Below are positions 9,187 through 17,908 of a DNA stretch of 64,000 bases, one piece after another. Made by a program: the position numbers and the translations under genes. Under the pieces are notes generated by a model. It made no database searches, was not told the origin of the DNA, and saw only the letters and a list, made by a program, of their open reading frames with translations. The first letter of the stretch is position 1. Every line of letters starts with the position of its first letter. The DNA is taken from the IMG/VR virus record IMGVR_UViG_3300049001_000044, positions 186,001 to 250,000 of that record; one strand, written 5' to 3'.

Positions 9187-9264
9187 TGGTGGCGTGTATC
9201 GGACTCGAACCGATGACCAAGGAGTTTAGAGGTCCCTGCTCTACCAAACCTGAGCTAACACGCC
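9187..9264 (-). tRNA. tRNA-Sup(CUA) amber suppressor 2
   Basis: Cloverleaf GGCGTGT/ACACGCC, loop CT-CTA-AA, A73, encoded CCA. Confidence 0.85.
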
Positions 9265-9287
9265 GTTTTGTTGCTGTGCACAATGAA

Positions 9288-9317
9288 ATTATACTCAACA
9301 CAGCTTGAAGTAAAAAC
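9288..9317 (-). promoter_or_regulatory. early-type promoter GTTTTT-N18-TATAAT driving the suppressor tRNAs
   Basis: Repeated motif; a late-type ATAAATA also lies at 9328-9334. Confidence 0.7.
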
Positions 9318-9326
9318 TAGCAACCT

Positions 9327-9638
9327 TTATTTATCAGCGAAGTGCAGTTCGCTGGGGGATGCGAAGCGTCCTTGATCTGCCCGCCATGGAGTCGCTGTTT
9401 TCTCAGCTTCTCTCCATCCCACAGTCTTTACAATGTAGCAAGCATTACCTGCGTAGTTACTTTGAACATCTGTGATCTCATGGAGTTCAAGCGAGATAGT
9501 TCCTCGGTCCTTCAAGAATTTCTTTCTCAGTCTTGGGTCAGAAGGAATGTTGAACCGAACAGTCCTCCCAATGTTCTTTCGCATCTCTTCATCGTCATCC
9601 CCACCAGCTCTGTCGTCAAAGAATTCCCAAAGTTTCAT
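9327..9638 (-). CDS. hypothetical protein
   Basis: 103 aa, starts MKLWEFFD. Confidence 0.65.
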   Translation of the reverse strand: MKLWEFFDDRAGGDDDEEMRKNIGRTVRFNIPSDPRLRKKFLKDRGTISLELHEITDVQSNYAGNACYIVKTVGWREAEKTATPWRADQGRFASPSELHFADK

Positions 9639-9687
9639 CTCTTCTCCTATGGATTTAGGGAGCTTCGTTTGAAGCTCCCATCTCTAT

Positions 9688-9981
9688 TTACTGACTAGCC
9701 TCGTACTGTTCCTGTGCCTGCGCCTTCATGGAGATACGGCCATCGATCATGTACGTTGCCTGATTACGGAGACCGTCTCGTTCGCTGCGCAGCCTTTCTA
9801 CTTCTTTCCATGCTGGCCAGTAGGTGCCTTCACGGGTGCTAGATTTTGCGAATACTTTCTGTGCATCATTGAATTGCTTCCTTACGTCGCGGATTTTCTG
9901 CGAGAGGTCTTTGTAGTCTGCTTTCCACTGAGCGGCTGCGGCGATGTAGGTTTCACGGGAATTGAAGTTGAAGTAGGTCAT
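9688..9981 (-). CDS. coiled-coil hypothetical protein
   Basis: 97-aa ORF with GGAG RBS. Confidence 0.7.
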   Translation of the reverse strand: MTYFNFNSRETYIAAAAQWKADYKDLSQKIRDVRKQFNDAQKVFAKSSTREGTYWPAWKEVERLRSERDGLRNQATYMIDGRISMKAQAQEQYEASQ

Positions 9982-9996
9982 GTTTTGCTCCTTGGA

Positions 9997-10545
9997 TTAT
10001 TTGAGAAATTTCTTTGCTGCTTGAATGAGTCGCTTGGTTTTGATTTTGTAGCTCTGCGAATCCTTACCACCAAACATAGATGCGTTGGCGTTGATCTCGG
10101 CCCATGCAGTGAAGAAAAGGATGGGTGCGAGTGGGTGCTTGATCAGCTCGAGTAGTTCATCACCACGAGCAGTGTGAAAGTCCATGTCTCGACGAATGAG
10201 GTTGGTAGTGAAGAGGTCGTCGGGAAACAAATGACTGTACTGCTGAGCAGAGATGTTAGCATGATCTGGGAAGTGGCGCTTGCCATCTTCATCAATCGTC
10301 AACGTCAAGTGCTTGCCACAATCGTGATAGACGTGGTATGGTTGAAGCACCGAAGCTGGAGGAAGGCTAAACTTGGAGTAGATTTGTTGAAGCTCAGTTG
10401 GAGCTTCTCCTTTCTCAAGTTCATCGATCAGCTCTTTGTACTTCTCGTGCACAAGTTGGCCGTGTTGGAGCATGTTCAGGTTAGGAGCCTGAAGACAAGC
10501 TTCCATTGCGAGGTGGAGTTCTTCAAGGGAGTTTTCGTACTTCAT
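9997..10545 (-). CDS. HD-domain phosphohydrolase-like protein
   Basis: Start MKYENS; YHDCGK and HANIS motifs; ATGA-coupled to the upstream Pth gene. Confidence 0.65.
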   Translation of the reverse strand: MKYENSLEELHLAMEACLQAPNLNMLQHGQLVHEKYKELIDELEKGEAPTELQQIYSKFSLPPASVLQPYHVYHDCGKHLTLTIDEDGKRHFPDHANISAQQYSHLFPDDLFTTNLIRRDMDFHTARGDELLELIKHPLAPILFFTAWAEINANASMFGGKDSQSYKIKTKRLIQAAKKFLK

Positions 10546-10886
10546 GCTGCGTCTCCTTGCGTAGGCAGCTTCCAAAGCTGCAAGCCTTTCAGGAGATTGC
10601 GATTCTCTTCAGTGAGAATGCAAGCAATCGCAGTCAATCCCCAATCTTTGTACGGTTCGTGGAACTCGGCAGTTGGGATTCCATTCTCATTGAGCGTGGC
10701 GCGAAGCTGTTCCAACTTCTGCTTGTCTCGAATGGTGAGATGGATGTACGACGGATGATGGTCAGCAGGGCGACCAAAAGTGTATGCGTGTTCGACGGCG
10801 GCATGGCCAGCTTGAACAGCTTGTTGCGCGAGTGGGATGTCTCGGCGCGAGATGGTGTACAGGTAGGTTTTGGAAATCTACAACAT
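10542..10886 (-). CDS. Pth2-like peptidyl-tRNA hydrolase with in-frame TAG at codon 3
   Basis: GGAG RBS, then ATG TTG TAG ATT TCC AAA... open for 115 codons to TGA; translation has RRDIPLAQQAVQAGHAA and EPYKDWGLTAIA. Confidence 0.75.
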
Positions 10887-10919
10887 TTTTGTTTTCTCCG
10901 TTAGGTTTTAAAAGTCAGC

Positions 10920-11033
10920 GTTGGTGCGAAAATTCGCATCTAGCAGCGTGAGTGAACGTACAGGTTCCCGGTCCAGTCAAATGGGTTAAATTGGGATGTC
11001 GACGGCGCTAACCCATCAACATTTCGCACCAAC
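10920..11033 (-). other. structured 5' leader closed by a 12-bp stem
   Basis: GTTGGTGCGAAA/TTTCGCACCAAC inverted repeat; inner GATGGGTT/AACCCATT stem. Confidence 0.55.
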
Positions 11034-11050
11034 TATTTACTGACAGGAAT

Positions 11051-11080
11051 ATTTTATCACTTCTGATTCCTAATGAAAAC
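11051..11080 (-). promoter_or_regulatory. early-type promoter GTTTTC-N18-TAAAAT
   Basis: Repeated motif upstream of the Pth leader. Confidence 0.6.
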
Positions 11081-11111
11081 TTTTATTTTCGTCAGTTGTC
11101 AAAAGCCTCAG

Positions 11112-11408
11112 TTAAAAATCAAGTAACATGTTTTGGCGACGCTCCTCAAGAAGATCTAAGAGGACGTCGCCATGGCATTGCTTTGGGTAGCACCAACAAC
11201 CAAGTGTCTTGCCTTCTAACTCATGAAGGTCGGCGAGAAGATGTGGGCTGCTTAGTATGTGTTGTCGATACGCTTCGATCGCTTCCGATCTTGTGCGCTT
11301 TCCTTCTTCTACTGGATGAGGATTGCCCCACTTACTTGGCCTACCAATGTAGACGTCGTATGGAGCTCTCTTGAAGTGAACTAATCTGGGTCTGGGTCTT
11401 CGTCCCAT
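11112..11408 (-). CDS. DUF4326 domain protein
   Basis: YIGRPSKWGNP...GKTLGCWCYPKQCHGDVL. Confidence 0.85.
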   Translation of the reverse strand: MGRRPRPRLVHFKRAPYDVYIGRPSKWGNPHPVEEGKRTRSEAIEAYRQHILSSPHLLADLHELEGKTLGCWCYPKQCHGDVLLDLLEERRQNMLLDF

Positions 11409-11675
11409 TTCTTAGTCCTCTCAATCTCATCCAATAAGTGCTGGAAGATGTCGACGAAACGCCAGTCTATCCGATGCGCAAGTGACAAACCTCTTTCAGA
11501 GATTCGGCGAAGCACTTCTAGTTGATCGTTCCCGGCCATAGTACGCCTTGCTCTTTACCAGTATAGGTGATGTCGTACTTCCTACATGCTGGGCAGAGAG
11601 CGTAATTGCCAAACGCAACCGCGAAGTTCGTGCCCAACCATTTACAATCTCGGCAGAAGTACAAACTTCGGTAGG

Positions 11676-12026
11676 TCACCATGATATGCGAATGTAGCGG
11701 AAATAGGATGGTGGCATGTTCGCGACAGTGTCCTCGTCATCCATACAGCCCAGCATTCTTCTGCTTACTTCCTGTTTCTGTGTGACGAACTCTGTGCGAT
11801 AGCCGAATGACTTCAACCTCTCCAATACTTTCAACATGATGGGAGTTTCTTTCAGGACAGCAGAGTATCCTTCGCCTCGAACCATCAACTCGTCGTTGTA
11901 GATGTCAAATGAGGTCTTGCCTTCTTCAGCTAGCTTGCGGACTTGTGGGTCAATCCACTTGATGAGACGATCAGCGACCATGTCGGAGGTCTTGACCAGC
12001 TCTCTTGCTTCACTGGCCTTAATCAT
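11676..12026 (-). CDS. hypothetical protein
   Basis: Likely start MIKASEARELV within the tracked ORF. Confidence 0.65.
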   Translation of the reverse strand: MIKASEARELVKTSDMVADRLIKWIDPQVRKLAEEGKTSFDIYNDELMVRGEGYSAVLKETPIMLKVLERLKSFGYRTEFVTQKQEVSRRMLGCMDDEDTVANMPPSYFRYIRISW

Positions 12027-12182
12027 TCGAGAACCTCGACTGCAGAACGAGGAGAGGGTCTGGGCTTTTCTTCGGATGGATAATGAAGCCATTGCCGATG
12101 GTGCCCAAAATTTCGTATCGCTCACCCACCGTCAGGTACTCTTTCAGCTTGTTCCATTTGGAGTCAGGCATGCTTTGCAAGA

Positions 12183-12377
12183 TCATAGTACAACCCTTTC
12201 AAAGGTGATGCCGCCAGGGTAGCGGCGTTCGACTTCCACTTGAAGTCGTTTCGGGGTATCTTCAGTTACGTGGTGCACGATGGTGACTTCATCACGAAAT
12301 CGTGCAGGAACCAGACTCTCGTAGTGGCGAGCAAGTTGCTGACTACGAGTTGGTTGACGACCAGGAGTTTTGATCAT
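12183..12377 (-). CDS. small hypothetical protein
   Basis: ORF track. Confidence 0.45.
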   Translation of the reverse strand: MIKTPGRQPTRSQQLARHYESLVPARFRDEVTIVHHVTEDTPKRLQVEVERRYPGGITFERVVL

Positions 12378-12388
12378 GAGGAGGGAAA

Positions 12389-12464
12389 TGGTCCGCCCAG
12401 CTGGATTCGAACCAGCGACCCACGGATTAGAAGTCCGTTGCTCTATCCACTGAGCTATGGGCGG
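12389..12464 (-). tRNA. tRNA-Arg(UCU)
   Basis: Canonical cloverleaf, loop CT-TCT-AA, CCA. Confidence 0.92.
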
Positions 12465-12584
12465 TCTTACTATTTATCAGAAAAGAAAGTGGACGATGGC
12501 CCAGATGATCCCAACTGCGGTAGCACCAATTACGATGCAAATGCCAGCAATCATCAGCAGGAAATTCTCAAAAAGCTTAATCAT

Positions 12585-12932
12585 TTATCGGATCGACTTG
12601 AGGTTTTCGGAAGGATGAGCGAGCAGGAAGTTCGCCATCGAGATGCCCAGCGCCTGTACCGACTTGGCGACTTCGATCGCCTTCAGCGCTTTCACGACGT
12701 TCTGTTTTTGAGCCTTGTGGCTTTCGTAGTTGTTCACCGCATCGGTTGCGATCTGCTTGGCCTTTGCTAGGTCACGCTCCTCGCAAACAGCCTGAATAAC
12801 GTCCATCGTGAAAAAGCCTGCGTCCATCGGTACTACTTGAGCGTTCATCTTTAAATCTCCATTTTCAACACCACTAAATTTGTGGTATGAGTTATTGTAA
12901 AATTTCCTCACAATAACAAAAACTGTATTCAA
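12585..12932 (-). CDS. hypothetical protein
   Basis: 115-aa ORF in operon. Confidence 0.55.
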   Translation of the reverse strand: MNTVFVIVRKFYNNSYHKFSGVENGDLKMNAQVVPMDAGFFTMDVIQAVCEERDLAKAKQIATDAVNNYESHKAQKQNVVKALKAIEVAKSVQALGISMANFLLAHPSENLKSIR

Positions 12933-13420
12933 AGAATAATGAACGACGTTGGCGGAGTACCGGTCAGGATGTGAATTGCTTTTCTCATATCAGGGAATGC
13001 AAGACCGCAGGATGGATCGACGCGAACAAAATTCTGCATCTGCTCCTCGAGCATGTCGCTGCTATCGTCAATGATGACGTAGGCTTCAACCTCATTGTTG
13101 TCGAGCCACTCCTGAATCTCAGTACCTCGGTTTCCGCCAGTCGTGCCAGTGACGCCGATCACTTCGCCTTCCACGCCCATCAGCAGAAGGGCCTGCTTAA
13201 CACCATCAAAGCCCAACACTTTGCGATTAGCAGAGGAGACAACGATCTTCGCGCCTGTCTCTTTGATGATCTTGTTGAGGATTGCGATGGCGACTGGATC
13301 TGCTTTTGATAGGAGATAGTTCAGACGATACTCGCCTGGAAAAATCTCCCTCATAGGAAGAGCAAAGATTGAACGATCGGAGTTCAAGACTCCATCGATG
13401 TCTAGGAAGATTACTTTCAT
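12929..13420 (-). CDS. HAD-family phosphatase (Swiss-Army-Knife RNA-repair HAD-like)
   Basis: MKVIFLDIDGVLN...IVVSS...YVIIDD. Confidence 0.8.
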   Translation of the reverse strand: MKVIFLDIDGVLNSDRSIFALPMREIFPGEYRLNYLLSKADPVAIAILNKIIKETGAKIVVSSANRKVLGFDGVKQALLLMGVEGEVIGVTGTTGGNRGTEIQEWLDNNEVEAYVIIDDSSDMLEEQMQNFVRVDPSCGLAFPDMRKAIHILTGTPPTSFIIL

Positions 13421-13550
13421 ATCAGTCCCATGCACTTGCCACACTTCACGCAGTGTTGGATTTTGCCCATGCCCGAATCTCGCATGCGCCATTCTCCTGC
13501 TTCATGTTGACACCTACGCGTCGTGATGAAGAACCATTTAAGCCAATTCA

Positions 13551-14021
13551 TCACCACCCCTTCGCAGCAACCCAAATGTCCGTCTCCAGTTCCCATGAGT
13601 TCGTAAGCTCAGGGAAGTTCTTGCGAACTTTTGTGTAGACGAGATGATTAGGAATACGACCTGGAGATTCAGGATGATTGACAATCTCCCATCCAAGGTC
13701 GCCAAGCAGAGAGACCACTGCACCAGAACGGCAGATGCCAGCGTGGCAGTTCACCCATACATTCTTCTTCAGCTCCCTTGCCTCCTTGATGAAGGCAGCA
13801 ATCTGCGCTGCTTGATAGGCAGCGATTGCGTTGCCGTTGATCTCGTCGTTGGTGTCGTCGAACTTTTGGAAGAGAACTTTGGCGAAAGGATATGCGAGCT
13901 TAGCATCTTGACCACCCTCATCGGTGATAGAGATAAGCCAGTCATCTTCCGTAACCGGGAATGGGAAGCTGCGAGCACCGACCTTCATGACGGCGGCGCG
14001 TGGGAAGTTTGCAGTTTTCAT
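13551..14021 (-). CDS. dual-specificity/tyrosine phosphatase-like protein
   Basis: VNCHAGICRSGA CX5R motif. Confidence 0.8.
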   Translation of the reverse strand: MKTANFPRAAVMKVGARSFPFPVTEDDWLISITDEGGQDAKLAYPFAKVLFQKFDDTNDEINGNAIAAYQAAQIAAFIKEARELKKNVWVNCHAGICRSGAVVSLLGDLGWEIVNHPESPGRIPNHLVYTKVRKNFPELTNSWELETDIWVAAKGW

Positions 14022-14022
14022 T

Positions 14023-14304
14023 TTATCCTACGAATACATCGCTTGATCCAGTCAGGCGCTTGTGGCCACAGGTGTCAGCGTCTCCTACCCTGTTGACTGG
14101 CTTGTTGTTAACGAAGACCGTGCTACTACCATTTGCCGTCTTCGGCTTGTCTGAGTGCGGCTTACCACCTGGGTGACCACTCACTTCTGAACCATTAACC
14201 GATAGAGGCTGACCATTCACGAAGACGGTCTGTTGCTCTACCTTGATGATGTTTCCTGGTGGTTTGCTGTCGTTTGGATCATTGAGTCGTTGTGCTGCTG
14301 GCAT
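14023..14304 (-). CDS. PAAR-domain spike protein (gp5.4-like)
   Basis: MPAAQRLND...VFVNGQP...GDADTCGH...GSSDVFVG. Confidence 0.85.
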   Translation of the reverse strand: MPAAQRLNDPNDSKPPGNIIKVEQQTVFVNGQPLSVNGSEVSGHPGGKPHSDKPKTANGSSTVFVNNKPVNRVGDADTCGHKRLTGSSDVFVG

Positions 14305-14494
14305 CCTTACTCCTGTAGAAGGTGAACCACTTGTAGTGGCCCAGGGTTTTACCACCTTCATCAGTGACTCGTACGGGATAGCCAACAACCCATAACACGG
14401 TCCAAATGAAGGCCATGAAAAGCATTGAGAGGATCAGTAAGGCACCGCCAATAACGATGCCCACAATCCCTAGCGCGTACTCCAGATATTTCAT
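14279..14494 (-). CDS. small membrane protein
   Basis: Hydrophobic N-terminal half. Confidence 0.55.
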   Translation of the reverse strand: MKYLEYALGIVGIVIGGALLILSMLFMAFIWTVLWVVGYPVRVTDEGGKTLGHYKWFTFYRSKDASSTTTQ

Positions 14495-15351
14495 TTCAAA
14501 CCGTACTGTTTGAGTTCTTTGGTGGAGGCAGTCTTGATGGACTTGACGTAGAAGCCCATCTTCGCGTAGTCGTTCTTCGGCTTCTTACCGAACCATCCAA
14601 GGTAAGGCTTGCCAGTATAGTCGACGCGATGCTTGATCCATGCGTCAAAGCGGATAACATCCTTCGTCTCAACGACATCGGAGTAGGTGCCATCCGCTTG
14701 CAGGCGTTTACGAATGACGGTCTCCGTGCGAGGCATCGGCTCGATTTCACAGATGAACCACGGACCGTCTTCAGTGTGGCGGCGCAGTTCGATAGTCTTG
14801 CTAATGAACTTGCGAAGCGGAGTATCTTTCGGACCACCACGCCATTCTTTGGCTTGCTTGTTCCTACGTTGGCGCCACGAGACATAATGCGGGTTCTTGA
14901 GCAGAATGCCGGTGGTGGGGTGCACGTAGTATTCAGGCCCATCCTCGTCCTTGATAGGACGAGCACCAGTGCGATAGGTGTGGCGGTACATCAGCTCACC
15001 ACCGTCGTCGATGAAGGTCTTCAGCTCAACCATCTGGAACAGGTGCTCGAGGATGTGCTTGTTGATGACGCTCTTCATGTCGAAGACTTCGCACAGCTCC
15101 GAATACACCTTGTTCCAGGGACGATTGACGTTCTTACGAACCAGTCCGTACAGGGGATTGAGGTTCTCGTTCAGATCCTTCTCACGCCAACCCTGCTGGT
15201 AGCGTCGCTTCATTGGCTCTCGTGATGGCATGTTTTCCAGCTCATCGCCGCGCGTGTCGTTGAAGAGCTTGACGTGCCGATCATCGCCAAAGCGCTTGTA
15301 GGAACCATGACGTTCACGCTCGCAGAGCTGTTTGTTCAGATCTTTTCTCAA
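14491..15351 (-). CDS. conserved phage hypothetical protein
   Basis: 286-aa basic ORF with RBS. Confidence 0.75.
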   Translation of the reverse strand: MRKDLNKQLCERERHGSYKRFGDDRHVKLFNDTRGDELENMPSREPMKRRYQQGWREKDLNENLNPLYGLVRKNVNRPWNKVYSELCEVFDMKSVINKHILEHLFQMVELKTFIDDGGELMYRHTYRTGARPIKDEDGPEYYVHPTTGILLKNPHYVSWRQRRNKQAKEWRGGPKDTPLRKFISKTIELRRHTEDGPWFICEIEPMPRTETVIRKRLQADGTYSDVVETKDVIRFDAWIKHRVDYTGKPYLGWFGKKPKNDYAKMGFYVKSIKTASTKELKQYGLK

Positions 15352-15405
15352 ACGCTATCTCCTATGTGGACTGTTATTGTATGAAGAAATGGTGTGCGCG
15401 TAAAC

Positions 15406-15612
15406 TTACTCCCTATCTACGCGACGAATGACTTTGCCATTCAGAGTTCTGAATTCGCCAGGCTTCAAGTAGCGAATGTGTTCAAGTTGATTGAAAGAGA
15501 AACCCTGAGCCTGGAGGTCTGAAAAGCGGAAGGTTTTTGGGTCGTTGTCGATTTGATATTCTCTGGACTCCATCGACTTACGGAGTCCAGAGAGAAGTTC
15601 GAAGAGCTTCAT
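15406..15612 (-). CDS. hypothetical protein
   Basis: Start MKLFELLS; late-type motif upstream. Confidence 0.55.
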   Translation of the reverse strand: MKLFELLSGLRKSMESREYQIDNDPKTFRFSDLQAQGFSFNQLEHIRYLKPGEFRTLNGKVIRRVDRE

Positions 15613-15637
15613 TAGACCTCTCTTTGTTATTGAGAGG

Positions 15638-15868
15638 TTATTTATCCTTCCAGTCGGACAATTTAACAATCACGACCACGAACAGCCCAATTGCCGCCAT
15701 TGTTAGCAGAAGTGGAAGCAGCCCACCGACCACCACGAGGATGGTACCGACGATTGCAGCGACGATGCCAACGCCGTACGCAAGTGCGACGAGCAGGAAG
15801 GTTAGGATAAAGGGAGCAGCCAACACTCCCAAAATCCCGATCAGAATGTAGAAGAGTACTTTGATCAT
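15638..15868 (-). CDS. small membrane protein
   Basis: Highly hydrophobic 76 aa. Confidence 0.6.
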   Translation of the reverse strand: MIKVLFYILIGILGVLAAPFILTFLLVALAYGVGIVAAIVGTILVVVGGLLPLLLTMAAIGLFVVVIVKLSDWKDK

Positions 15869-16731
15869 ATGACGATAGGTTCGATTTCATGGACACCCAA
15901 CTCATTGACTTTCCAGAACTTGTCAGTGAGGGGTTCGGTTACAGTGAGAGCAGCCCAATCATCTGGTTCTCGGCTCTTGCCGTTCGCTACTTCCCTGATG
16001 CTACGATATGCGCCAGTGTCGAGGTTGGTCTGACCCTTAAAGCGGGTTGGGTGGCGCATGATAGTGTGGCCGCTGTAGATGTGGGACAGCTTCGGACCAA
16101 ACATTGTTCCAGCGTCGCTGCCTTCGAAGTACTTGCTGTGACGATCCTTGTCGTACTTCGCACCATACAGAGGCAGGAAGATGTATCGACCCCAGATGAT
16201 CGACTCGCCGTCTGCTGAGGGAGCTCGCGCAACATAGTTGAGAGTCTCCTCATTGTCTAGATCTTCATCACTCAGTTCGACAGGCGAACTCAGCTCTGCA
16301 TGGATGACGTGGAAGAATCCACCGTCTTGCTTTTTAACCGTCAGCATCAGGGGCAGTTCATTTGCCTTCTTCACTGCATCGCGAACGACAGCCGCTTCAT
16401 CGTCAGGGTTGTGAGGGTATGCGTATTGGATACCCCACGAACCACCGTTAGGTGCCCACCACATTCCAGTGGGACCGTTAAAGAAGAAGTCAGCCATCAG
16501 CTGCTCGTGATTACCTCGAACGGCGAAGAACCACGGCTCATAGATTAGCATCAGGCATTCGAGGCTGTTAGGCCCCCGATCCACCAAGTCGCCAACCGAA
16601 AAGATGCGGTCCTTCGTCTTGTCGAAGTTGATGAAGGCCATGAACTGGTACAGACGTTCGATGGCACCATGCAGATCGCCGATGACGAAGTCACGGCCGC
16701 CATTTTCATTCTTACCAATTCGGTGTCTCAT
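15865..16731 (-). CDS. metallophosphoesterase (Ser/Thr protein phosphatase, NinI/PrpA-like)
   Basis: GDLHG, GDLVDRG, RGNHE and GHT motifs. Confidence 0.9.
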   Translation of the reverse strand: MRHRIGKNENGGRDFVIGDLHGAIERLYQFMAFINFDKTKDRIFSVGDLVDRGPNSLECLMLIYEPWFFAVRGNHEQLMADFFFNGPTGMWWAPNGGSWGIQYAYPHNPDDEAAVVRDAVKKANELPLMLTVKKQDGGFFHVIHAELSSPVELSDEDLDNEETLNYVARAPSADGESIIWGRYIFLPLYGAKYDKDRHSKYFEGSDAGTMFGPKLSHIYSGHTIMRHPTRFKGQTNLDTGAYRSIREVANGKSREPDDWAALTVTEPLTDKFWKVNELGVHEIEPIVI

Positions 16732-17010
16732 TTACCAACTCGCGTAGTCTGTTAAATCAATTGTGGCTTCGTAGTCTGGGTGGCCTTTACAGAAGGTCAC
16801 CTTCACTACAGTACCGATGGATGTGGGAGTGAACTCATACGTGAAGCAACCACCGATCGCACCAAGATACGGGTACGTAATACCGTCTTCACACGTTACG
16901 TGCCATCGCTCGACGTCCGTTCCCTTCTGAGCTTCGACAATTTTAGCGTACTGTACCTTGCTGAATTCTGCTAGCTTAGCCAGTTCATCATCTTCTAGCT
17001 CGAACTTCAT
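16732..17010 (-). CDS. hypothetical protein
   Basis: GAIGG...YEFTPTSIG motif. Confidence 0.7.
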   Translation of the reverse strand: MKFELEDDELAKLAEFSKVQYAKIVEAQKGTDVERWHVTCEDGITYPYLGAIGGCFTYEFTPTSIGTVVKVTFCKGHPDYEATIDLTDYASW

Positions 17011-17231
17011 CCAATGTATCCCTTGTCAGTGGCCACTAGCAGCACACCGAACTCCACCACTTCCAGCGGATACTTCTTGTTGCTGTGGTAGTTGAGTGCA
17101 AGGCGTGCATGGCCACGATGAGTCCACAGAGCTGCGTCTTGCACATGGACCAGGCCACGGGAGCCAGACGAAGGTTTCGTCGACAGGAACTTGTCACTCC
17201 CCTTCAGTCGTACTGCGTACTTCTTGATCAT
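17007..17231 (-). CDS. hypothetical protein
   Basis: Likely start MIKKYAV. Confidence 0.55.
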   Translation of the reverse strand: MIKKYAVRLKGSDKFLSTKPSSGSRGLVHVQDAALWTHRGHARLALNYHSNKKYPLEVVEFGVLLVATDKGYIG

Positions 17232-17384
17232 CTTTCTTCTCCTTGTTTTCAGTTGTTTGATTCTTCTTACTGAAGATGCGATCCCAACCATCGCGGAAGG
17301 AATCGCTCGTATTCTTCGTAGCAATAGAATCACCAGTGATGTCGTTTCTACTTGCCATGTTGAAAGGGGCCGAAGCCCCACTCC

Positions 17385-17837
17385 TTAGAACTTGTAGGAG
17401 ATACCAGCGGCGACGGTGTTGCCATCAACTGCCTGGATGCGGTCTTGGCCGCGAACTTGGCGGAAGTCAGCGGTGACGTCCAGTTTGGTGGTCAGCGGCA
17501 GGCGGGCGCCAATGCCATAAACAGCACCAAGGCCTGCTGCACGGTCAGTGCGGGCGAACTGACCACCAGCGAATGCATCAACCGTGACGGCACCGACCTT
17601 GACCAGATCCTTGCGCAGAATCAGAGCCGCAGCTTCTTTCTCGCTGCGGTCATTGAAGGAGCGGGTGTAGTCTGCCTGCGCGGTCAGACCCAGCACGGTG
17701 CCAGTCGAGACACCAACACGGCCAACATTGCGATCGGTGCCAGCGTAGGTGCGGCCACCTTCCACGATGACAGTCGGAGCAGCCATTGCGGTGCTGGTTG
17801 CGGCGATGATCAGAGCGGCGATTGCGAAGTTTTTCAT
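17385..17837 (-). CDS. outer-membrane beta-barrel protein
   Basis: Signal peptide MKNFAIAALIIAATSTAMA, alternating beta strands, C-terminal YKF. Confidence 0.75.
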   Translation of the reverse strand: MKNFAIAALIIAATSTAMAAPTVIVEGGRTYAGTDRNVGRVGVSTGTVLGLTAQADYTRSFNDRSEKEAAALILRKDLVKVGAVTVDAFAGGQFARTDRAAGLGAVYGIGARLPLTTKLDVTADFRQVRGQDRIQAVDGNTVAAGISYKF

Positions 17838-17877
17838 TTTGTGTTTCCTTTTGAGTATGATAAAAGTAAGAGCGGAC

Positions 17878-17907
17878 ATTTTATACGGAACGTCCAAAAC
17901 CGAAAAC
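17878..17907 (-). promoter_or_regulatory. early-type promoter GTTTTC-N18-TAAAAT
   Basis: Repeated motif. Confidence 0.6.
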
Positions 17908-17908
17908 T

